DNA of 64,000 nt, taken from Clostridia bacterium. GTDB lineage: Bacteria; Bacillota; Clostridia; Oscillospirales; RGIG577. The stretch spans positions 25,042 through 89,041 of the forward strand of contig JAFQZS010000005.1 of assembly GCA_017405765.1 (NCBI GenBank). Direction: 5' to 3'. The position numbers and the translations under genes are program-made. The notes below the pieces were generated by a model, which was not told the DNA's origin, did not search any database, and saw nothing but the letters and a program-made list of their open reading frames with translations. Positions 9,620 through 18,125 of this stretch are shown here, piece after piece (the stretch's first letter is position 1; each line of letters opens with the position of its first letter).

Positions 9620-10819
9620 TTGGATTACGATATCAGAGAGTTAAATATAGAAGATATATATAAAGAGACGTTTAAACCAAAAAAGATCACGCTTTATAAA
9701 ATAATATGGGACGGAGTGACTTATGATTTTCTAATAAATCATGTGTCGGGCTCCAAAGTCATGGCGGCGTTCGGCACGGGAACGATGTCGAACCGTGCCC
9801 TGAAGCTTCCGTTTTTTGCAAGGTTGAGCTGGTATCAGAGTATCCCAGTGACCTCGGTGTGGTACGCAGACCCCACGCTTTATGAGGGGAAGCTGAAGCT
9901 TTATTGGTATTACGGCACGAATAAAAAATGGTATCTTGAAAACATAGCCTTTCTTTTGTCCGTCATATCGAAAAATATGGGCGTTGATGTTGCCAAGTCG
10001 CTTTTTTTCGGCTCATCGGGCGGCGGATATTCTTCGCTCGTGCTTGCAACGATGCTGCGCGGCAAGGCTTATGTGATAAACCCGCAGATTTTTTTGTACA
10101 ATTATAATGAGATACATTATAAACGTTTTGTGGCGGACAGGTGTCCCGAAGGAGAAAAACCGAAAGAAGAAAGAACGAATCTCTTAAAGCTGTGCGAGCG
10201 TGAGCGCTATATACCAAGAACATACTGCCTGCAGAATATACGCGACGTGCGTGACATTGATAAGCAAATAACGCCGTTTCTCTCTGAGATAGCCCATAAC
10301 GCCTACGATTGCGGTGAGGCTGTTACAATGGACTTTTATTACGACGAAAAAGGCCACAACGGTATGCCTGACAAGGCGACGACGCTTGAATTTATTAAAA
10401 AAGGCCTCTTGGACAAAAGAAAAGGCAAGGAGCTCTTGCTTGAGAAAAGATCCGGCAATAGTCTTAGCTTTTTTGAGCGCATTTACGATCTCAACTTAAG
10501 AAGCGCTGATGCGCATATAACGTATGCTAACAAAACGAAGCCGCACGAGATCATGAAGGGCGTAAATATCGAGTGGCAGAAGGACGGAAGCCTTTTATGC
10601 ACTGCCGAAACGTATACGCAGTCAGAGGATTATCTGTTTGCCTTTAATCTTATAAGCTCCAAAAACCGCATATACAAAAAAAGGGCATATTCTCCCGAAA
10701 AGTCGTGCCGGTTTGAAGGTATACCCGATGATACATATACATTGAATAGTTTTGTAAAATCCGGAGCCATCACCGAGATGGTAAAAGTCGTTATTCCCCC
10801 CAAAAAAACGGAGGTATAA
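9620..10819 (+). CDS. Alpha/beta-hydrolase-fold protein with C-terminal shared module, paralog 2 (tandem duplicate)
   Basis: 399 aa with FFGSSGGGYSS and YDEKGHNGMPDK. The TTG start is supported by AAGGAG 8 nt upstream and by N-terminal alignment with paralog 1. Confidence 0.6.
   Translation: MDYDIRELNIEDIYKETFKPKKITLYKIIWDGVTYDFLINHVSGSKVMAAFGTGTMSNRALKLPFFARLSWYQSIPVTSVWYADPTLYEGKLKLYWYYGTNKKWYLENIAFLLSVISKNMGVDVAKSLFFGSSGGGYSSLVLATMLRGKAYVINPQIFLYNYNEIHYKRFVADRCPEGEKPKEERTNLLKLCERERYIPRTYCLQNIRDVRDIDKQITPFLSEIAHNAYDCGEAVTMDFYYDEKGHNGMPDKATTLEFIKKGLLDKRKGKELLLEKRSGNSLSFFERIYDLNLRSADAHITYANKTKPHEIMKGVNIEWQKDGSLLCTAETYTQSEDYLFAFNLISSKNRIYKKRAYSPEKSCRFEGIPDDTYTLNSFVKSGAITEMVKVVIPPKKTEV
10559..10816 (+). 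repeat. Shared protein module, copy E (tail of hydrolase paralog 2)
   Basis: LFAFNLISS -26 aa- DTYTLNSF. This is the most divergent copy. Confidence 0.45.
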
Positions 10820-10917
10820 ACACGAACCGTTAACGGCGGTGATCTCAATTCCGCAGGACGAGCTGTTTTTTGAGAAACCGATAATCAATGGGTCTAAAAT
10901 AAATATTGACAAGCAAA

Positions 10918-13023
10918 ATGAAGAATACAGAGTATGAGTTTGTACCGTTTTCGGGTGAAGTTACTCAAAATAATTTCAAAGAAGAATTGAATAATGGCTT
11001 TTATATACCTCCTCAGTTCTATTTCAGCAGCAAAGAAATACCAAACACCGCAAAGAGCATTACGGAAGGCGTTTTGTTTGTCCATCGTGCTGTTTCGGGA
11101 GTTGAGTATGACCTTGAAACGTTCGACTGGAATTTATCGGTCTCAAAACAGGCGGAAACGTTTCAATTATATCTTCAGGCATTAACACCTGTTGCAGTGT
11201 TGGCAAGAGCATATGAGATGACCGGCAACAGGAGTTTTCTTGAGTTTGCAGAAAGAATGATCATAGAATGGTGGAAATATGCTTCTGATAAAAAGAGTTC
11301 AGATGAAAACCGCAGAGTTTGGACAGATCATTCCGTTGCGTTAAGAACGGAGATCCTTATGTATTTTGGTCGTGTGATCAAGACGGCCGGATATGGAAGT
11401 GACGAGCTATATTCTTCGCTTTATGATATACTCAATATTCAAGGTAAGTGGCTTTACGAAACGCCGGGTTATGCAAAGAATCATAATCACGGCATAATGC
11501 ACGATAAAGGCTTGTTGTTTTTAAGCGTTCAACTTAAGAAAAAAGAATGGTACCTTAGAGCAAAGAACCGTATTTTAACCCAAGAGAAATGGGCGTTCGC
11601 CGCTGATAACGTACATAAAGAAAATTCTCCCGCTTATACCGGCGTGGCAAGAAATTGGTTCATAGATATCGGCACGTTTTTGTCAGAATGGGGAGATCCG
11701 GCCGGCGATAAGATACTCAAAGACATGGAAAGGGTGCAGGAATATATCGATTGGGCTACGAAGCCTAACGGTATAATAGCGCAGGTGGGCGATACCGGAA
11801 ACATACCTGGCAAAAAATACGGTTATCCTGACAAAATGAAACGGCGATCGAAGGATATACACGCCATGTTTCCTGTAAGCGGCATATATTTCTATCGCTC
11901 AAATATCGATAGTGAAAGTATGCTTGATACATGGAAAACGATAAAGTCGGGATTCGTCAGAAAAACGCATAAGCATGCAGATGACGGTTCGTTTATTCTT
12001 TATTCAAAAGGATATGAAATTTTCGTTGACTGCGGCGTATACGGATATGCAAACGATGATTTCCGAAAATATATAATATCGGCAAAAGCGCATAATACGG
12101 TGATCGTAGACGATGAGTCATACGATATAGATGAAAAAAATGCAGAGCGCGCAGGTGTAGAGGGATGGGCGTTTTTTGAGGAATATGACCATATAAGAAC
12201 GTTTAATAATATATATCCCGGAGTACAGATAAAAAGAGATTTTTGTTCAGCCGATGATCTGACGATCATATATGATTCTTTGGAATCCGAACAACAGCAT
12301 ACTTATTCGCAGCTGTTTCATTTGGGAGAAGATATATCCGTTTTGTCTTCCGATGACAGAGAAGTCGTGATGCAGATTGCCGACACGGATCACATCGTGC
12401 GTATAAGACAGCACGGTTCTCCCGTTAAGCTGTCAATATTGTGCGGCGATTTGAGCAAATCCGATTATGGCCTTATATCGAGAGGGATAAATCATTTAGA
12501 CGTAATATCCACTCTGAAATTTGATATAAGCGGCACAAATGCAGAATTTATTACGTCAATAACAATAGAAGATACTAAAGGCAATATTAGATTGTATGAT
12601 AAAACAGTTCCTGTTGATAGTCTCGTATATAAGTCCGAAGAACGCACGTTTGAGATAGATTCGCTGAGAATAAACTGCAAAGAGGAGCTTTTTTCGGCCG
12701 GTCAGATATCGAAACGAGTATCATATGGCAACGATAAAAGTGACGCCATATGCGGTTTTGTTTACGGATACGGTTATAAAGTCGTTGAAAATGAATTAAG
12801 GTTCTCCCTTGATCTAAAAGAAGATAAGCCAAAAGACGTTGAATTTGCCTATTATTTGCTCAGCGGAGGGAAAATACTAAGAAAAGCAGGATATTCAAAG
12901 TGCGAAAGTGTGGTATTCGACGAGATAAAGCGCGGCAATAGTTATCGAATCAAATATTTCATAAAAAGAAAAACAGAAAGAATGGCGTTTGTGTTAAAAG
13001 AAACTGAAGATTTTAATATATAA
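10918..13023 (+). CDS. Heparinase II/III-like (alginate-lyase-like N-terminal plus Hepar_II_III C-terminal) protein with C-terminal shared module
   Basis: Family-typical NHNHGIMHDKGLLFL, HKHADDGSFILYSKGYEIFVDCG and AKAHNTVIVDD. No signal peptide. ATG at 10918 is preferred; the tracked ORF starts at in-frame TTG 10906. No strong SD for either start. Confidence 0.65.
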   Translation: MKNTEYEFVPFSGEVTQNNFKEELNNGFYIPPQFYFSSKEIPNTAKSITEGVLFVHRAVSGVEYDLETFDWNLSVSKQAETFQLYLQALTPVAVLARAYEMTGNRSFLEFAERMIIEWWKYASDKKSSDENRRVWTDHSVALRTEILMYFGRVIKTAGYGSDELYSSLYDILNIQGKWLYETPGYAKNHNHGIMHDKGLLFLSVQLKKKEWYLRAKNRILTQEKWAFAADNVHKENSPAYTGVARNWFIDIGTFLSEWGDPAGDKILKDMERVQEYIDWATKPNGIIAQVGDTGNIPGKKYGYPDKMKRRSKDIHAMFPVSGIYFYRSNIDSESMLDTWKTIKSGFVRKTHKHADDGSFILYSKGYEIFVDCGVYGYANDDFRKYIISAKAHNTVIVDDESYDIDEKNAERAGVEGWAFFEEYDHIRTFNNIYPGVQIKRDFCSADDLTIIYDSLESEQQHTYSQLFHLGEDISVLSSDDREVVMQIADTDHIVRIRQHGSPVKLSILCGDLSKSDYGLISRGINHLDVISTLKFDISGTNAEFITSITIEDTKGNIRLYDKTVPVDSLVYKSEERTFEIDSLRINCKEELFSAGQISKRVSYGNDKSDAICGFVYGYGYKVVENELRFSLDLKEDKPKDVEFAYYLLSGGKILRKAGYSKCESVVFDEIKRGNSYRIKYFIKRKTERMAFVLKETEDFNI
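12772..13020 (+). repeat. Shared protein module, copy F (tail of the heparinase II/III-like protein)
   Basis: EFAYYLLSGG -26 aa- NSYRIKYF. Confidence 0.55.
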
Positions 13024-13101
13024 TATTATCCTTATAGAACGATAAATGATCTGCGTGTTAAATTTGCAATACACTTTTTGAGCGGTAATTTTTTAAATGT
13101 A

Positions 13102-13131
13102 TTGCATTTTATATACGGCATATTATATAAT
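13102..13131 (+). promoter_or_regulatory. Candidate sigma-A promoter for wecB-glmS
   Basis: TTGCAT (13102-13107), 18-nt spacer, TATAAT (13126-13131), in the AT-rich gap upstream of wecB. Confidence 0.35.
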
Positions 13132-13198
13132 AAATATAATATCATTTGTCATTTTATATGCCAAATTGTATAACCTCATAAAAGAAAGGGTTATTTTC

Positions 13199-14317
13199 AT
13201 GAAAAAAGTTATGCTTGTCTTCGGAACGCGTCCCGAAGCGATAAAGATGTGCCCCCTTGTAAATGAATTAAAAAAGAGACCTTCCATCGAGACTGTTGTC
13301 TGCGTAACGGGCCAGCACAGGCAGATGCTCGATCAGGTGCTCGATGCATTTAACGTCGTGCCTGATTATGACCTCTCGGTAATGAAGGAGCGTCAGACGC
13401 TTTTTGACGTTACCTCAAATATCCTGCTTAAGATAAAAGAGGTGCTTGAGGAGGTGAAGCCCGACGTTGTGCTCGTTCACGGCGATACGTCAACTACGTT
13501 CGTTACGGCGCTGGCGTGCTTCTATCTGCAGATACCTGTCGGACATGTAGAGGCGGGTCTTCGCACCCACAACATCTATTCGCCGTTCCCTGAGGAGTTC
13601 AACCGTCAGGCCGTGGGCATAATAAGCAAGTATAACTTTGCGCCGACCAAGGCGTCGAGGGACAACCTGTTAAGAGAAGGCAAGCCGGAGGACTCTATCT
13701 TCGTTACGGGCAATACGGCTATAGACGCGCTTAAAACTACCGTAAAAGAGGACTATACTCATCCGCAGCTTGAGTGGGCGAAGGGAAGCAGACTTATCTT
13801 GATCACAGCACATCGCCGCGAAAATCTGGGACAGCCTATGCGAAATATGTTCCGCGCTATCCGCAGAGTTTGCGACGAGCATCCCGATATAAAGGCGATA
13901 TATCCGATACATATGAACCCTGTTGTACGCGAAACGGCTAATGAGGAATTGGGCGGCGACGAGCGCATTCGTATAATAGAGCCTCTTGACGTGCTTGATT
14001 TCCATAACTTTATGGCTAAGAGCTATCTCATCCTTACCGACTCGGGCGGCATACAGGAGGAGGCGCCCTCGCTTGGCAAGCCTGTGCTTGTTATGCGCGA
14101 CACGACCGAGCGCCCTGAAGGAATACGCGCCGGTACGCTTCAGCTTGTCGGCACAGAGGAAGAGAACATATATCGCACGTTCAAATCACTTTTGGAAGAA
14201 GATCAGTTATACCGCGCCATGAGTACGGCAAGCAATCCGTACGGCGACGGACAGACGAGCCGCAGAATTGCAGATATCCTCGAAGGAAAACGAGAGAATA
14301 TCACATTCGAAGGCTGA
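13199..14317 (+). CDS. wecB: UDP-N-acetylglucosamine 2-epimerase (non-hydrolysing)
   Basis: MKKVMLVFGTRPEAIKMCPL, HGDTSTT, HVEAGLRT and TDSGGIQEEAPSLGKPVLVMRDTTERPEG. The internal ATG at 13199 has SD AAAGAAAGGG upstream. The tracked 13097 start adds an implausible AT-rich extension. Confidence 0.9.
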   Translation: MKKVMLVFGTRPEAIKMCPLVNELKKRPSIETVVCVTGQHRQMLDQVLDAFNVVPDYDLSVMKERQTLFDVTSNILLKIKEVLEEVKPDVVLVHGDTSTTFVTALACFYLQIPVGHVEAGLRTHNIYSPFPEEFNRQAVGIISKYNFAPTKASRDNLLREGKPEDSIFVTGNTAIDALKTTVKEDYTHPQLEWAKGSRLILITAHRRENLGQPMRNMFRAIRRVCDEHPDIKAIYPIHMNPVVRETANEELGGDERIRIIEPLDVLDFHNFMAKSYLILTDSGGIQEEAPSLGKPVLVMRDTTERPEGIRAGTLQLVGTEEENIYRTFKSLLEEDQLYRAMSTASNPYGDGQTSRRIADILEGKRENITFEG

Positions 14318-14337
14318 TAAATAAAGGAGAAAGCAGT

Positions 14338-16200
14338 ATGTGTGGAATCGTAGGCTTTATAGGAAGACATGACGCAGCGCCGATTTTACTGGATGGACTT
14401 TCTAAGCTTGAATACCGCGGTTATGACTCGGCAGGTCTGGCGGTACGAGATGAAAAAGGGAATTTTGAAGTTGTGAAAGCCAAGGGGCGTCTTCTCAATC
14501 TTTATGAGAAAACGGATTCCGGCAAAGCGCTTCACGGAACGATAGGCATAGGCCATACGCGCTGGGCTACGCACGGCGAACCGAGCGAGACGAACGCTCA
14601 TCCCCATATATCCGGCTCCGATGTGGATGACTCCATGGTAGTCGGCGTACATAACGGCATCATAGAAAACTATGTCGAGATGAAGGACAAGCTTTTAAGA
14701 AAAGGCTATAAGTTTTACTCCGAGACTGATACCGAAGTAATGGTCAAGCTTGTAGACTATTATTACAAAAAGTATCAATGTCCTCCCGGAGAAGCTATTG
14801 CCAAGGCGATGGTGCGCGTAAGAGGTTCGTATGCTCTTGTGCTTATGTTCAAGGACCATCCCGACGAGATATGGGCTGCAAGAAAAGATTCGCCGATGAT
14901 AATAGGCATATGCGACGGGGAAACTTATGTTGCATCCGATGTGCCGGCAATTTTAAAGTATACTAAAAACGTATACTACATCGGCAATATGGAGATCGCG
15001 CGCCTTAAAGAAGGCACGGCGGAATTTTTCAATATCGACAGCGAGCCGCTCGAAAAGGAGCTCGTTGAGATAACATGGGACGCCGAAGCTGCCGAAAAGG
15101 GCGGCTACGAGCACTTTATGATGAAAGAGATACATGAGCAGCCGCGCGCTATTACCGATACGCTCAACAGTCTCATCAAGGGAGAGAGAAACGAACGCAG
15201 GATAGATTTTGAATCTATCGGAATTTCCGATGAAGATATAAAGAATATTTCTCAAATATATATCGCGGCATGCGGCTCTGCATGGCATGTCGGTATGGCG
15301 GCGCAGTATGTCCTTGAGGATCTGGCGCGCATTCCCGTTAGAGTGGAGCTTGCGTCTGAGTTCAGATACCGTGATCCCATACTTGATAAAAACGGTCTTG
15401 TTATCGTTATAAGCCAGTCGGGAGAGACGGCGGACAGCCTTGCCGCTCTAAGAGAGGCTAAGGAAAAAGGCATAAAGACGCTTGCCATAGTAAACGTTGT
15501 GGGTTCGTCTATAGCCCGTGAAGCCGACTATGTGCTTTACACCGTATCGGGTCCGGAGATAGCCGTTGCTACGACAAAGGCGTATTCAACGCAGCTTGTG
15601 GCAATGTATCTTGTGGCAATACAATTCGGCGCGGTTCGCGGTTGTATCGATGAAGAAAAGTACGCTTACTATATTTCCGAGCTTTATACGCTGCCGGATA
15701 AGATAGAGAAGATTTTTGAAACAAAAGAAAAGCTGCAGTGGTTCGCTGCCAAATTCGTAAATGTTCATGACGTTTTCTTTATCGGCAGAAGTATTGACTA
15801 CGCCGTATCGCTTGAGGGCAGTCTCAAGATGAAGGAGATATCATACGTTCATTCAGAGGCTTATGCGGCAGGTGAATTGAAGCATGGCACGATAAGCATG
15901 ATCGAAGACGGTACGCTTGTTATAAGTGTGATCACGCAGCCGCAGCTTTATGAAAAGACGATATCCAATATGGTAGAGTGCAAAGCGCGCGGCGCATATC
16001 TTGCGGCTATAACGACTTACGGGCATTACGACGTAGAGGACAGGGTAAACTTTGTTACGTATATTCCCAACGTCGATCCGCACTTTATGGGAAGCCTGAG
16101 CGTTATCCCGCTTCAGCTGTTGGGTTATTATCTGAGCCTAAGCCGCGGGCTTGACGTAGATAAGCCGCGAAATTTGGCAAAATCGGTAACGGTTGAATGA
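14338..16200 (+). CDS. glmS: Glutamine--fructose-6-phosphate aminotransferase (isomerising)
   Basis: MCGIVGFIG N-terminal Cys amidotransferase domain, two SIS domains (SQSGETADSL) and C-terminal KPRNLAKSVTVE. SD AAGGAG upstream. Only 20 nt separate it from wecB. Confidence 0.95.
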   Translation: MCGIVGFIGRHDAAPILLDGLSKLEYRGYDSAGLAVRDEKGNFEVVKAKGRLLNLYEKTDSGKALHGTIGIGHTRWATHGEPSETNAHPHISGSDVDDSMVVGVHNGIIENYVEMKDKLLRKGYKFYSETDTEVMVKLVDYYYKKYQCPPGEAIAKAMVRVRGSYALVLMFKDHPDEIWAARKDSPMIIGICDGETYVASDVPAILKYTKNVYYIGNMEIARLKEGTAEFFNIDSEPLEKELVEITWDAEAAEKGGYEHFMMKEIHEQPRAITDTLNSLIKGERNERRIDFESIGISDEDIKNISQIYIAACGSAWHVGMAAQYVLEDLARIPVRVELASEFRYRDPILDKNGLVIVISQSGETADSLAALREAKEKGIKTLAIVNVVGSSIAREADYVLYTVSGPEIAVATTKAYSTQLVAMYLVAIQFGAVRGCIDEEKYAYYISELYTLPDKIEKIFETKEKLQWFAAKFVNVHDVFFIGRSIDYAVSLEGSLKMKEISYVHSEAYAAGELKHGTISMIEDGTLVISVITQPQLYEKTISNMVECKARGAYLAAITTYGHYDVEDRVNFVTYIPNVDPHFMGSLSVIPLQLLGYYLSLSRGLDVDKPRNLAKSVTVE

Positions 16201-16212
16201 TCTATACTTTTG

Positions 16213-16240
16213 AGGCCGCTCTTGTCGGGCGGCCTTTTTA
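16213..16240 (+). terminator. Intrinsic terminator after glmS
   Basis: Stem AGGCCGC (16213-16219) pairs with GCGGCCT (16229-16235), followed by a U-run. Confidence 0.7.
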
Positions 16241-16261
16241 ATTGCTTTTTTGGATAAAACT

Positions 16262-16297
16262 ACAGCGGCGCGCTATATTCTAGCGCGCCGCTGTTTG
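16262..16297 (-). terminator. Intrinsic terminator after pck
   Basis: Perfect GC-rich hairpin CAGCGGCGCGCT-ATATTC-TAGCGCGCCGCTG. On the minus strand it is followed by TAGTTTTAT. Confidence 0.65.
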
Positions 16298-16312
16298 ATA
16301 CTGTTTTAATTT

Positions 16313-18073
16313 TTATGCCTTAAGTCTGGCTTCTAAGTCGTCAAGCTGCTGCTTTAATTCCTTGGGAAGCTTGTCGCCGAGCTTGTTGTAAAGCTCGCGC
16401 ACAGAAGCCGTATCCTCAAGCCAGAGCGCGGGATCAACGTTCAATATGTTCTTCATCGTATCGAGCGTTACGTCCGTGCCCTCAAGGTCGATATCCTCCG
16501 GCTTCGGAACGTAGCCGATAGGAGTCTTAACGGCGTCGGCCTTGCCTTCGCAGCGGTCGAGTATCCAGTTGAGGACTCTTAAGTTGTCGCCGAAGCCCGG
16601 CCATGCGAAGTGGCCTTCATCGTCAAGTCTGAACCAGTTTACGTTGAAGATCTTAGGCGGGTTCTTTATCTTTTTGCCCATCTCGATCCAATGATTGAAG
16701 TAGTCGCCCATATGGTATCCGCAGAACGGAAGCATAGCCATAGGATCGCGGCGTACAACGCCTACCGCGCCGGTAGCCGCAGCCGTCGTCTCAGACGCCA
16801 TTGCGCTGCCTACGTATACGCCGTGCTCCCAATCGAGCGCTTCGTATACGAGCGGAGCAGTCTTTGCGCGTCTGCCTCCGAAGATGATAGCCGACAGCGG
16901 AACGCCCTTCGGATTTTCAAATTCGGGCGAAATGCAGGGGCAGTTCATAGCGGGAGCGGTAAAGCGCGAATTGGGATGCGCGCCCTTTACGCCGGAATCG
17001 GGATCCCACGGGTTGCCCTTCCAGTCAAGCGAATGCTTGGGCGGATTTTTGTCAAGTCCCTCCCACCATACGGTGTTGTCGTCGAGATTGAGAGCCACAT
17101 TAGTGAATATCGTATTCTTTCTCGTAGCGGCAAGAGCGTTCGGGTTTGATTTTTCATTAGTGCCGGGAGCTACGCCGAAGAAGCCGAATTCGGGATTTAC
17201 AGCCCAAAGTCTGCCGTCCTCGCCTATGCGTATCCATGCGATATCGTCGCCTACGCACCACGTCTTATAGCCCATATCGCGATATTTCTTCGGCGGAATG
17301 AGCATGGCAAGGTTCGTCTTGCCGCAGGCCGACGGGAATGCGCCGGCGATGTATTTTACCTCGCCCTTGGGATTCTGTATGCCAAGGATCAGCATATGCT
17401 CGGCCATCCAGCCCTCGTTCTTGCCTAAGAACGAAGCAATTCTAAGCGCGAAGCACTTTTTGCCTAAGAGCACGTTGCCGCCGTAACCGGAGTTTACCGA
17501 CATTATCGTATTCTCTTCGGGGAAGTGCACTATATAGCGCTTTTCGGGGTCGAGCTGCGCTTTTGAGTGAAGACCCTTGATAAAGTCGGGGCTGTCGCCT
17601 AACTGCTTAACTACAGCCTCGCCGACGCGGGTCATTATTATCATATTCAGAACAACGTAAATGGAATCTGTAAGCTCTATGCCTATTTTTGAAAATTCGC
17701 TGCCTACCGCGCCCATTGAATAAGGGATAACGTACATTGTGCGTCCCTTCATAGAGCCGTCGTAAATACCTTTAAGCATCGACTTCATTTCATCGGGAGC
17801 CATCCAGTTATTAGTCGGTCCTGCGTCTTCTTTTTTGGAGGTGCAGATGAATGTGCGCGCTTCAACACGGGCAACATCGTTGGGATCTGTGCGATGCAGG
17901 TAGCATCCGGGAAGCTTCTCCTGGTTAAGCTTCATCATTTCGCCGGTCTTTTCGGCAGCCGCGCGAAGCTCGTTTGCCTGCGCCTCGCTTCCGTCGATAA
18001 GCACTACATTGTCGGGTTTGCACAGAGCGACCATTTCATCGACCCAGCTTTTTACGGCCTTGTTTAATTCCAT
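16313..18073 (-). CDS. pck: Phosphoenolpyruvate carboxykinase (GTP)
   Basis: 586 aa. GTP-PEPCK features include FPSACGKTNLAML (kinase-1a P-loop), WMAEHMLILG and DDIAWIR. Confidence 0.9.
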   Translation of the reverse strand: MELNKAVKSWVDEMVALCKPDNVVLIDGSEAQANELRAAAEKTGEMMKLNQEKLPGCYLHRTDPNDVARVEARTFICTSKKEDAGPTNNWMAPDEMKSMLKGIYDGSMKGRTMYVIPYSMGAVGSEFSKIGIELTDSIYVVLNMIIMTRVGEAVVKQLGDSPDFIKGLHSKAQLDPEKRYIVHFPEENTIMSVNSGYGGNVLLGKKCFALRIASFLGKNEGWMAEHMLILGIQNPKGEVKYIAGAFPSACGKTNLAMLIPPKKYRDMGYKTWCVGDDIAWIRIGEDGRLWAVNPEFGFFGVAPGTNEKSNPNALAATRKNTIFTNVALNLDDNTVWWEGLDKNPPKHSLDWKGNPWDPDSGVKGAHPNSRFTAPAMNCPCISPEFENPKGVPLSAIIFGGRRAKTAPLVYEALDWEHGVYVGSAMASETTAAATGAVGVVRRDPMAMLPFCGYHMGDYFNHWIEMGKKIKNPPKIFNVNWFRLDDEGHFAWPGFGDNLRVLNWILDRCEGKADAVKTPIGYVPKPEDIDLEGTDVTLDTMKNILNVDPALWLEDTASVRELYNKLGDKLPKELKQQLDDLEARLKA

Positions 18074-18125
18074 GACTCATTATCCTTTCTTTTTATTTGC
18101 AGGCGGCAAAGGGAACCTGCGTCTG

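Noticed and set aside
13097-13198. N-terminal extensions suggested by the ORF track. Examples: 13097 for wecB, 34328 for mfd, 23119 for trmL, 41376 for the phosphoesterase, 20080 for the yabE-like gene, 53814 for the lipoyl protein, 48770 for citrate synthase and 25011 for tpiA
   Set aside because: In each case an internal ATG is preceded by a good SD at 6-10 nt and coincides with the conserved family N-terminus. The extensions are AT-rich or overlap the neighbouring gene.
14318-14337. glmS ribozyme upstream of glmS
   Set aside because: The intergenic space is only 20 nt, and nothing ribozyme-like appears in the wecB leader. The absence is reported as a finding instead.
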